Notes under the pieces: generated by a model
Database searches by the model: none
What the model was told of the DNA's origin: nothing
The model's input: the letters and a program-made list of their open reading frames with translations, nothing else
Made by a program: the position numbers and the translations under genes
Assembly: GCA_964194555.1 (NCBI GenBank)
Contig: CAXMMT010000094.1
Coordinates: forward strand, 1,890 to 65,889
DNA: 64,000 bases
From: an uncultured Boseongicola sp.
Lineage (GTDB): Bacteria; Actinomycetota; Acidimicrobiia; Spongiisociales; ZC4RG35
Direction: 5' to 3'
In this document: positions 9,451-17,685 of the stretch, in pieces
How the letters are laid out: each line of letters starts with the position of its first letter
Numbering within the stretch: the first letter of the stretch is position 1

Positions 9451-10430
9451 GATTCCTCCAGCAATGCATCAACAAAGCTATCCGGGTCGAATACCTCCAG
9501 GTCGTCCAACCCTTCTCCCACGCCAATGAGCTTCACCGGAACTCCAAGATCCTTCTCCACCGCGATGATGATGCCGCCTCGGGCGGTGCTATCAAGCTTT
9601 GTCAGGATGATGCCCGTGACCGGCACCGTCTCCGCGAATTCGCGCACCTGAGCCAGACCGTTCTGTCCCGCAGTCGCATCCAGGACCAAAAGCACCTCGT
9701 CGACGGCGCCCTCACCGGCGGCGACCCGGTGGATCTTGGCCAACTCCGCCATCAGATTCTTGTTTCCGTGGAGCCGCCCAGCCGTATCGATGATCACGAC
9801 ATCGGTTCCCTTAGCTCGAGCAGAGGTCAGGGTGTCAAAGGCGACGGAAGCAGGGTCGCCGCCTGTCTGGCCTCCCACCACTTCGACTCCAACGCGGTCT
9901 CCCCAGGTCTGAAGTTGCTCACCTGCGGCCGCCCGGTAGGTGTCTGCTGCACCGAGAATGACGGTCTTGTTGTCGTCCTTGAGTCGTTTGGCCAGTTTGG
10001 CGACCGTCGTTGTCTTCCCGGTGCCGTTGACTCCGACCACCAGCCACACAGACGGCCGGCTGCTCGTAGCCAGCCCGCGTTCTTCATCGTCCAACTCCCT
10101 CCGGAGTTGTGTGGATAATGCCGCCTTCGCCTCCCGGGCAGTCTCTGGCTTGGTGGAACGGACACCATTCACGATGTGACCGGCTGCCTCGACGCCGACA
10201 TCCGCAGCGAGGAGGGCTTCCTCGATCTCGCCCCATGTGGAGTCATCGACGCCCCGACCCCATGCTCTCCGTAGGGCTGCCCCGAGTGTTCCAGTGGTCT
10301 TCGCCAGTTTGTTGGGGTCGGCGACCTCGGGCTTGGCATCCCCCATACGCCGAAGCACGAGCACAACGATGATCAGGCCCACAACGGCGAGGACGATCAG
10401 TGTCGAGACGACCAGCGTCGAGTTATCCAT
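9447..10430 (-). CDS. ftsY: Signal recognition particle receptor with N-terminal TM helix
   Basis: GVNGTGKTTT, DTYRAAA, DTAGRL, TKLD, GVGEGLDDL. Confidence 0.96.
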   Translation of the reverse strand: MDNSTLVVSTLIVLAVVGLIIVVLVLRRMGDAKPEVADPNKLAKTTGTLGAALRRAWGRGVDDSTWGEIEEALLAADVGVEAAGHIVNGVRSTKPETAREAKAALSTQLRRELDDEERGLATSSRPSVWLVVGVNGTGKTTTVAKLAKRLKDDNKTVILGAADTYRAAAGEQLQTWGDRVGVEVVGGQTGGDPASVAFDTLTSARAKGTDVVIIDTAGRLHGNKNLMAELAKIHRVAAGEGAVDEVLLVLDATAGQNGLAQVREFAETVPVTGIILTKLDSTARGGIIIAVEKDLGVPVKLIGVGEGLDDLEVFDPDSFVDALLEES

Positions 10431-10443
10431 TCGGAATGGGAGC

Positions 10444-13400
10444 CTAAGCCACCTGTTCGGAGACGACCATCGCCATGTCCTTTCGAATGGCCTGTGACGA
10501 GCCACCGGGCTCCATGGTCACTCCATAGAGGACATCGGCGGCTTCCATGGTCTGCTGCTGATGGGTCACGATGAGAAGCTGGGCTCTCAGCTTGAACTCG
10601 TCGACAATGCGGAGAAAGCGGCGCAGGTTGGTGTCGTCGAGGGCGGCCTCCACTTCATCCAGGACATAAAAGGGGCTTGGTCGGGCTTCGAACACGGCAA
10701 AGAGAAACGCCAGTGCTGCCAGGCTTCGCTCGCCACCAGAGAGCAGGGTCATCTGACTGACCTTCTTCCCCAGTGGCTGGGCATCAATCGCCACACCTGA
10801 ATGGGTGGCGTCGTGATCAATCACCCGGAGCCTGCCACGTCCGCCGGGAAAGAGAACGGCGAAGTACCGCTCGTATGCTTCAGCGACCTCGGTGAAAGCA
10901 GCATGGAAACGCTGCTCGATTTCTTCTTCCAGGGCGGTGATGACCTTACGGAGCTCAGACCGGGATGACTCGATGTCACTCATCTGATCCGAAAGGAACG
11001 TGTGACGCTCATCCAACTCCCGGAACTCTTCGGCAGCCAGAGGGTTGATGGGCCCAAGCCGGCTCAGCTGCGCGCTCTTCGCCTCGAGCAGCTCCTCGAG
11101 ATTGGTGTCCTCGGGAAGTTTGGGTCGCGAAGCACCCATTGCCGCGTCGACATCAGAATCGGCATCACGTCGAATCGACTCGACAACAGCCTCTCGGTGG
11201 AGACGAAGCTCCGCGAGTGTGACGTCGAGCTCGGCGGCGCGCTCCCGAGCATCGTTGATGGACGTGAGAAGTGAATCGTGCTCGTCGCGCACAGCTTCGA
11301 GATCTCCGAGGGCTCCCTGGTTCTCATTTCGCAGTCGAGTCTGGCGGTCTCTGATCTCCTCTATACGACGCGAAAGCACCGACAAGGCGCGACGGGCGAA
11401 GTCTTCTACTTCAGCAAGCTTGCCCGGGTCGGATTCCGGCTCATCACCGGAATCGAGTCGCCGTGCTTCTCCATCGATCCGGATCAATCTCTCCTGGAGA
11501 AGACGCTCGCGCTCAACGATGCTACGAAGTTTCCCTGCGGCATCCTGCCACTGGGAACGGGCCAGCTCGCGATCGGCGCCCAACTGAACACGACGCGCCT
11601 CCAGCTCGTCCCAGGCTCTCATCTGCTCCGCCTCTTCGCCTTCGAGGGCCTCGAGACGGGATCTCAACTCAGCAATCTGACGCCGGCCCTGGTCAATGGT
11701 GTCGGTCAATGCAGTCTTGCGCTCCTCCAACCTGGTCTGCTCCTCCTGAACTGAGTCAACCGACTTCTGGAGACTCCGCATGGCTTCTGATCGTCCGGCC
11801 AATCCGGCCTCTGCGGCCTCGAGCCTTTCGAGAGCCGATCTCTCCACCTCGCGGCTGGCGTCAAAGTCACGTCGAGCGGCATTGTGAATCGACTCGGCGC
11901 GAGCCAGGGCTGTCGACGATCTTTCAAGTGCTACCTCTGCCGCCTCCAACATCGCCACCCCAGCACCGTCTGGATTGGCGATGTGCACGCCGTAGACGGA
12001 GATGAGATCGCCCTCCGGAGTAACCGCACGGAGAGCCGGGTACTTGGCAATCAGGTCCCATCCACTCACCCAACCTTCGACCAGGACGACATCACCTAGA
12101 AGCCGTGTGGCCAGACCCGGATGGGCCGCGGGCCCGAGCCGATCGATCAGAGCGTCGACACCGAGGCTTGCAGCGACTTCCTTGGCGGGAGCTGAGCCCT
12201 CAGACATAGCCGATACCACCGGAAGGGAACCTCCGCCGGACCCCTTCACACTCTCCACAACAATGCGGACAGCATCAACATCCTCGAACGCAACCGCATC
12301 CACCCAGCGACCGAGCGCCGCGTCGACGGCAGCTTCCATTCCTTCGGGAATGTCGAGCTGGGATGTCAAGGATCCGACAACCCCTCTGGCCCCTTCCGCC
12401 AACTTGCGCGCTTCGGAGTCGAAGTGGCCTTCGATGCCGGCCCTGATGGCGTCGACTCTGGCTTCCGCTGAGGCTACTTCCAAACGACTGCCGGCCCTGG
12501 TCTCCTCGGCTGCCGACCATTCCTCCTGGTCTGCTACGCGCCGGGTCGAGGCGTCGTCATAAGTAGCCTGAATCGTGGTGATCTCCACGTCGATCTTCTG
12601 GATCTCAGCGTTGATTCGATCCACTTCGGCGGTTTCGTCACGTCTCTGGGAGGCGAGTACTTCGAGTCGATGAGTTACTCCCTTTCGCTCGCGCTCATCG
12701 CGGATCTGGGCCGACTCCAGAGCGCTGGCCTCTCCCCGCGCAGCGGCCAGGGCCCCCTCTGCCGAAAGAGCGTTCTGGGTGGCAACGGCACGCTCTTCGT
12801 CTTCAAGCCGACGGAACCTCGACTCGACGCTATCGGCCACCGACGCCGCCTCCCGGCGATCCCCATCGATGGAGAGGAGCTCTGCGCTGATGGCTTGTTT
12901 CTCGTTCTCGAGGTCATCCCGCCGCTCAACCACGGCCTCACGCCGACCGCTGACAGCGCGACGGCGCTCGTTGGCGACTGAAGTGACACTCCGAAGACGC
13001 TCACTAGTCGTCTCCAGCAACGCAGCGGCCGAGGTGTCGCGATCGAGATCGACTCTCACCTGGCCTGCTGTTTCGGTGAGTGCGGCCAGCCTCGTGGACA
13101 GATCTTCAACCCTGCGACGATCAACATCGAGGTTCTCGTGAAGCCGGGACTTCTCTGAGATAGCGATTGTGAGATCTCGATCGTGGCGGGCCAGAGCTTC
13201 ACCGCCCAGGTAGAGCCGGAGGGCCTTCACTTCACCCTTCAGACCGTCGTATCGCTCGGTGGCGCGCGCTTGTCGCCGGAGCGGGCGCATCTGACGCTCA
13301 ATCTCGCCAAGCAGGTCGTGAAGACGAACAAGATCCTCATCCGTTCTCTCCAGCCGTCGTTCGGAGCGTTCCTTGCGTCGACGGTGTTTGAGAATTCCGG

Positions 13401-13893
13401 CTGCCTCCTCGATAACGGCACGGTGCTCCTCGGGTGAGGCGTTGAGCACGGTGCCGATCTCACCCTGGCCGATGATCACGTGCTGGTGACGCCCGACACC
13501 GGAATCGGAGAGCAGATCCTGGATGTCGAGAAGACGACAGTTGACACCGTTGAGCTCGTAATCGCTCGAGCCGTCTCGATAGAGCCGCCTCGTAATCGAG
13601 ACCTCATCGAGATCGAGGTCGATCATCCGCTCTGCATTATCGACAACCAGGGTCACCTCGGCCCTACTCAGCGAAGGACGGGTCGCCGTGCCGGCAAAAA
13701 TGACATCCTCCATCTTCTGGGTGCGGAGAGTCTTGGTGGACTGCGTGCCCAGCACCCATGACAGAGCGTCGACCAGATTGGACTTGCCTGAGCCGTTGGG
13801 GCCGACGACAACCGTCACACCCGGACGGAACTCGAGACCCGTGCGGTCGGCAAACGACTTGAATCCTGTGAGTTTTAGTGACTTCAGATACAC
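10444..13893 (-). CDS. smc: Chromosome segregation protein SMC
   Basis: GFKSFAD, GPNGSGKSN, long coiled coils with hinge, LSGGE, LDEVEAALD. Confidence 0.97.
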   Translation of the reverse strand: MYLKSLKLTGFKSFADRTGLEFRPGVTVVVGPNGSGKSNLVDALSWVLGTQSTKTLRTQKMEDVIFAGTATRPSLSRAEVTLVVDNAERMIDLDLDEVSITRRLYRDGSSDYELNGVNCRLLDIQDLLSDSGVGRHQHVIIGQGEIGTVLNASPEEHRAVIEEAAGILKHRRRKERSERRLERTDEDLVRLHDLLGEIERQMRPLRRQARATERYDGLKGEVKALRLYLGGEALARHDRDLTIAISEKSRLHENLDVDRRRVEDLSTRLAALTETAGQVRVDLDRDTSAAALLETTSERLRSVTSVANERRRAVSGRREAVVERRDDLENEKQAISAELLSIDGDRREAASVADSVESRFRRLEDEERAVATQNALSAEGALAAARGEASALESAQIRDERERKGVTHRLEVLASQRRDETAEVDRINAEIQKIDVEITTIQATYDDASTRRVADQEEWSAAEETRAGSRLEVASAEARVDAIRAGIEGHFDSEARKLAEGARGVVGSLTSQLDIPEGMEAAVDAALGRWVDAVAFEDVDAVRIVVESVKGSGGGSLPVVSAMSEGSAPAKEVAASLGVDALIDRLGPAAHPGLATRLLGDVVLVEGWVSGWDLIAKYPALRAVTPEGDLISVYGVHIANPDGAGVAMLEAAEVALERSSTALARAESIHNAARRDFDASREVERSALERLEAAEAGLAGRSEAMRSLQKSVDSVQEEQTRLEERKTALTDTIDQGRRQIAELRSRLEALEGEEAEQMRAWDELEARRVQLGADRELARSQWQDAAGKLRSIVERERLLQERLIRIDGEARRLDSGDEPESDPGKLAEVEDFARRALSVLSRRIEEIRDRQTRLRNENQGALGDLEAVRDEHDSLLTSINDARERAAELDVTLAELRLHREAVVESIRRDADSDVDAAMGASRPKLPEDTNLEELLEAKSAQLSRLGPINPLAAEEFRELDERHTFLSDQMSDIESSRSELRKVITALEEEIEQRFHAAFTEVAEAYERYFAVLFPGGRGRLRVIDHDATHSGVAIDAQPLGKKVSQMTLLSGGERSLAALAFLFAVFEARPSPFYVLDEVEAALDDTNLRRFLRIVDEFKLRAQLLIVTHQQQTMEAADVLYGVTMEPGGSSQAIRKDMAMVVSEQVA

Positions 13894-13956
13894 AGCTGAC
13901 TACCTGGTTAATGACATGTCTGTGATTGCCCGGTCAGGCTAACGAAAACCAGTTGT

Positions 13957-14253
13957 TTAGCCGGTTATTGCCGCATTCGGATGGATGAAGAAGTCGGTCA
14001 ACGTCACATCGGGCTGCACCGTCTCCGACTCGACTCCACTGACCACCGACATCGACGAGCCGGCCCAGGCCCAGGCGATCAGCCTATCAAGGGCATCGAT
14101 TTCCCCCTGAGCAAACATCTCGACCCTCCCGTCAGCGAGATTGCGCACCCACCCGGCCAGATCGAGTGATCGGGCAACACTCCGACAGGACTGTCGATAG
14201 CCGACTTCTTGGACCCGGCCGTTGACCCACGCATGGACCGCTCTCTGAGTCAT
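13957..14253 (-). CDS. acyP: Acylphosphatase
   Basis: GRVQEVGYR, GWVRNLADGRVE; usual position between mutM and smc. Confidence 0.9.
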   Translation of the reverse strand: MTQRAVHAWVNGRVQEVGYRQSCRSVARSLDLAGWVRNLADGRVEMFAQGEIDALDRLIAWAWAGSSMSVVSGVESETVQPDVTLTDFFIHPNAAITG

Positions 14254-15095
14254 GGTCTCTGGCACCGGGGACAGAAATGGGTTGATCGTGCCCTGACAAC
14301 GATCCTCCGGACAGGTGTGCCACATCTGAGACATGGCTCATCGGTCCTGGCATAGACACCGAGACGGCCCAGGTTGTCCCCGGCCTGGCCGTCGGGAAGC
14401 AGGTAGGCCAGGTCGTCAAGAGTGGTTCCTCCACTATCGATCGCCTCAGACAAGACTCCGCGTATTGCCACGAGCAACCCGGCGACTTCGGCTGCTTCGA
14501 GGTCTCCACCCGGTGTCAGAGGATGGATCCTGGCGAGATGAAGAGCTTCGTCGGCATAGATGTTGCCGAGGCCGGCCATCGGCCTCTGGTCCAGAAGTAG
14601 AGCCTTGATGGGAGCCGTTCGACCCTTCAGAGTCTTCATCAGAGTCGTGACACTCGGGGGATCCAGCCAGGCATCGGGACCGAGTCTGGAGAGATTGGAG
14701 TCTGCAAGCTCATCCTCATCGAACACCGCGATGAAGCCAAAGGTCCGGGGATCGATGAAGCTGACCTCCGCGCCATCGTCGAGTATCGCCACAAAGTGGG
14801 TGTGTGGGACCTCTTCGGAACTCGCTGCCTCTGCGCCGGTGGCAATGCTGAAGCGCCCCGACATTCCCAGATGAGCAACCATGGCGTAGCCATCATCCAG
14901 CCCGACGATCAGGAACTTGCCGTGCCGACCGACCGAGGTCACCTCTCGCCCCGACAGTCGGGATTCGATCTCATCCGTCGTTGCGTTATAGCGGGCAGTG
15001 CGGTCATGAGTCACACGAACACTCTGAAGCTTCCGGCCCACCATGGCTTTCTCGAGATGTCGTCTTGTGATTTCGACTTCGGGTAGTTCGGGCAG
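14250..15095 (-). CDS. mutM: Formamidopyrimidine-DNA glycosylase; probable CTG start
   Basis: PELPEVE, HLGMSG, GLGNIYADE, C-terminal zinc finger CLRC...CPRCQ; GGAGG 5 nt before CTG-CCC. Confidence 0.95.
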   Translation of the reverse strand: MPELPEVEITRRHLEKAMVGRKLQSVRVTHDRTARYNATTDEIESRLSGREVTSVGRHGKFLIVGLDDGYAMVAHLGMSGRFSIATGAEAASSEEVPHTHFVAILDDGAEVSFIDPRTFGFIAVFDEDELADSNLSRLGPDAWLDPPSVTTLMKTLKGRTAPIKALLLDQRPMAGLGNIYADEALHLARIHPLTPGGDLEAAEVAGLLVAIRGVLSEAIDSGGTTLDDLAYLLPDGQAGDNLGRLGVYARTDEPCLRCGTPVRRIVVRARSTHFCPRCQRP

Positions 15096-15135
15096 AGATG
15101 CCTCCATTGAGAGCCGGATTACGGTACCCATCCCC

Positions 15136-16038
15136 ATGCGGATAGTCCCACGCCAATTTGGCCAGGTACTTGGCGACGCCCTCAACAGTCTGGCCAGAAC
15201 CTGGAAGCCTCTCGCCTCCACAGCCCTCATCGTCTTCATACCGGTCGGTGTCCTGACATTTCTCACCTTCCGGATGACAGGTGCGATCGACTTTCTCGAG
15301 CTTGTGTTCGACGACCCTGCGGCCCTCAACAATCTCCCACCCGATGTGTTCCTCGAAGTGTCGCAACCGTTCATACGTGCGGTTGGCATCGCCGTGGTGC
15401 TCCAGTCGGTAGCCACACTCTTTGTGTATCTAGCCGTCCACCACATTGTTGCCTCGGACCTGTCCGGGCAGTCAGTCTCCGGTCGAGCAGCGAGACGGCA
15501 AGCGTTGGGTCGCATGGCGGCTGGTTTTGTCGCCGCACTCGTTGCCCTCATCGTGATCGGAGCGATCATAAGTCTGGGTCTGGCAATCTGGCTTGTCCCG
15601 TTCGCACTGGTTGGCACTCCCAACGCCACTAGCAGTCTGCTGGCCGTCGTCCTCCTATTGGCTTTCGTCGGCCCCGGCATCTGGGTTCTCGTCTCCTTCT
15701 CCATGACGACCGCGGTGATAGCCATTGAGAAGGCGGGGCCGATCCAAGCCCTGTTACGAAGTGTCAGCCTGGTGAGAGGACGATGGTGGCCGACGCTCGG
15801 CTTTCTGCTGATAGTCGGTCTTCTGGGATCTGTGGCGATTCAACTGATCCAATTGGTGGCGATTCCTCTATCGGTGGTCGGCGACCTCGGTAGCGGAGTC
15901 TCGTTGGTTTCGGCTTTGGGTATCGGGGCCCAGGGGCTGATAGTGGCCGCCATCGGCGCCATGTACACGGTGTGGTACGTAGACCTGAGGGCACGCCGGG
16001 AGGAACTCCTCAGCGAGGACCTTCGGCTAGGCGGGTGA
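15136..16038 (+). CDS. Multi-pass membrane protein of unknown function
   Basis: About 6 hydrophobic segments; ALLRSVSLVRGRWW and YVDLRARRE motifs of a common actinobacterial membrane family. Confidence 0.8.
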   Translation: MRIVPRQFGQVLGDALNSLARTWKPLASTALIVFIPVGVLTFLTFRMTGAIDFLELVFDDPAALNNLPPDVFLEVSQPFIRAVGIAVVLQSVATLFVYLAVHHIVASDLSGQSVSGRAARRQALGRMAAGFVAALVALIVIGAIISLGLAIWLVPFALVGTPNATSSLLAVVLLLAFVGPGIWVLVSFSMTTAVIAIEKAGPIQALLRSVSLVRGRWWPTLGFLLIVGLLGSVAIQLIQLVAIPLSVVGDLGSGVSLVSALGIGAQGLIVAAIGAMYTVWYVDLRARREELLSEDLRLGG

Positions 16039-16137
16039 TAGCGGTGTACACGGTGTAGGAAGGCTGCCGTGGACCCTTCATCATCAATTGGGACACGATG
16101 GGCGGGCATGGTTGGGTCTATCGATACCCGGCTCCCC

Positions 16138-17679
16138 TCAGCCCTGAACCGCGAGAAAGACCTCCCTTTCCCCTTCAATACCCTTCAGAGCCCGGTTCCC
16201 CTGGGTAACAAAGCGAATCCCGGATCCCGCCACGGCCTCCTTGGTGGTTGACGTAACCAGCACTTCGGAATGCCCTGCTTCTGCGGAGATTCTCGCTGCA
16301 AGGTGAACGGCAATTCCATGTACGTCATGCTCGTCTCGTTCGACTTCTCCAGTGTGGATGCCTACGCGTACTGGAAGTCCGGCTACTCCGCTCTGCTCAC
16401 AGATGGCGAGTCCGGCTCGAATGGCATTTGCAGGCCCACCGAAGACGGCAAGGAACCCGTCGCCGGCCGTTGAGATCTCCTCGCCTGCGAAGCCTTCGAA
16501 GATGCTGCGCACTAGTTGATAGTGATTATCGAGCTCGATGGTCCAGGCTCGATCGCCAAGCCGAGTTGCTATCTCTGTGGATCCAATGATGTCGGATACG
16601 AGGATCGTCTCCAGCTGTCGCTTTCGCACCACGGTCGACTCCGATTCGCGTGATTCGTACGGGGCTTCGGCCGAAACTCCAATGATCCGAACAAGCCGGA
16701 GCATCTTCAGGGCGCTGTCTTGCGGTTCGAAGGGTTCACTCGAGTATCGTCCTCGCACGCTGTCGAAGGCTGAGTGACTGACGATGACCTCCCCAGAGTC
16801 GAGTTCGGCCGCCATGGAGAGAGTTTGATCCGCGACAGCTCCGGTCACCTGTGTGGTCCAGCGACTTGAATCATCCTGGTCGACGCGCTCGGGATTGATC
16901 GCGATCTCTCCGCGGTTTATCGCAATGGCAGGCTCGAGGTGCTGGATGTCATTTCTCCGATTCAACGTCTCAATCTCCGAACGGATCGCCAAAGCGGCGT
17001 CAATGGCCCGAGCAGAGTCATCCGCTCCGCTCGAGGAACGCATCATGGCCAGCACGCGGCCATCTTTCGAAGAGATCAGTTGGCCGCGTTGCTGTTCGAT
17101 CACCTTGGTGACCGCGATCAAATAGCGACTCAAGAGGTAGTCGTGTGCCGCTGCCGGCGAGTCTTGACTCATTGGATCACCCGAACGGACCTCGACAGCG
17201 AGAACTGTCACCTCTTCGTGCTGTATTCCGAGTTCCTCGAGCTGGGTTGCTGCAGACTCAAGCTCCTCTACTTTCTCATCGACGGCTCGTTTTGTGCGAA
17301 GCAGCGAGTTGATACGAGCCATCAGCTCCCGTTCGTCAACGGGCTTGGTGAGGAAGTCGTCGGCGCCCGCCTCGATACCACGAATGCGATCTTCCTGACC
17401 GTCCAGGGCTGTCATGATCACGATGGGGATGAGTCGCGTGTCCGGATCGCTCTTGAGCATCTGACAAACGGTGATACCGTCGATGTCCGGCATCATCACA
17501 TCGAGCAGAATCAGATCAGGAGCTTCTTCGCTGACACTGTCCAATGCCTGACGCCCTCCGTAGGCCTCACGTGTGCGAAAGCCGAGGTCTGACAGGTTCT
17601 GCTGGAGATAGTCGACGTTGTACTCCTCGTCGTCCACGATGAGGACTGTCGCCTTTCGGTCGGTAGTTCTCCCACTCAT
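16138..17679 (-). CDS. Response regulator: REC + degenerate cyclase domain + class III adenylate/guanylate cyclase domain
   Basis: REC (IVDD, LLDVMMP, FLTKP); C-terminal ILVSDIIGST, TAGDGF, VRVGIHTGE, GIAVHLAARI, ALKGI. Confidence 0.9.
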   Translation of the reverse strand: MSGRTTDRKATVLIVDDEEYNVDYLQQNLSDLGFRTREAYGGRQALDSVSEEAPDLILLDVMMPDIDGITVCQMLKSDPDTRLIPIVIMTALDGQEDRIRGIEAGADDFLTKPVDERELMARINSLLRTKRAVDEKVEELESAATQLEELGIQHEEVTVLAVEVRSGDPMSQDSPAAAHDYLLSRYLIAVTKVIEQQRGQLISSKDGRVLAMMRSSSGADDSARAIDAALAIRSEIETLNRRNDIQHLEPAIAINRGEIAINPERVDQDDSSRWTTQVTGAVADQTLSMAAELDSGEVIVSHSAFDSVRGRYSSEPFEPQDSALKMLRLVRIIGVSAEAPYESRESESTVVRKRQLETILVSDIIGSTEIATRLGDRAWTIELDNHYQLVRSIFEGFAGEEISTAGDGFLAVFGGPANAIRAGLAICEQSGVAGLPVRVGIHTGEVERDEHDVHGIAVHLAARISAEAGHSEVLVTSTTKEAVAGSGIRFVTQGNRALKGIEGEREVFLAVQG

Positions 17680-17685
17680 CGGAAT

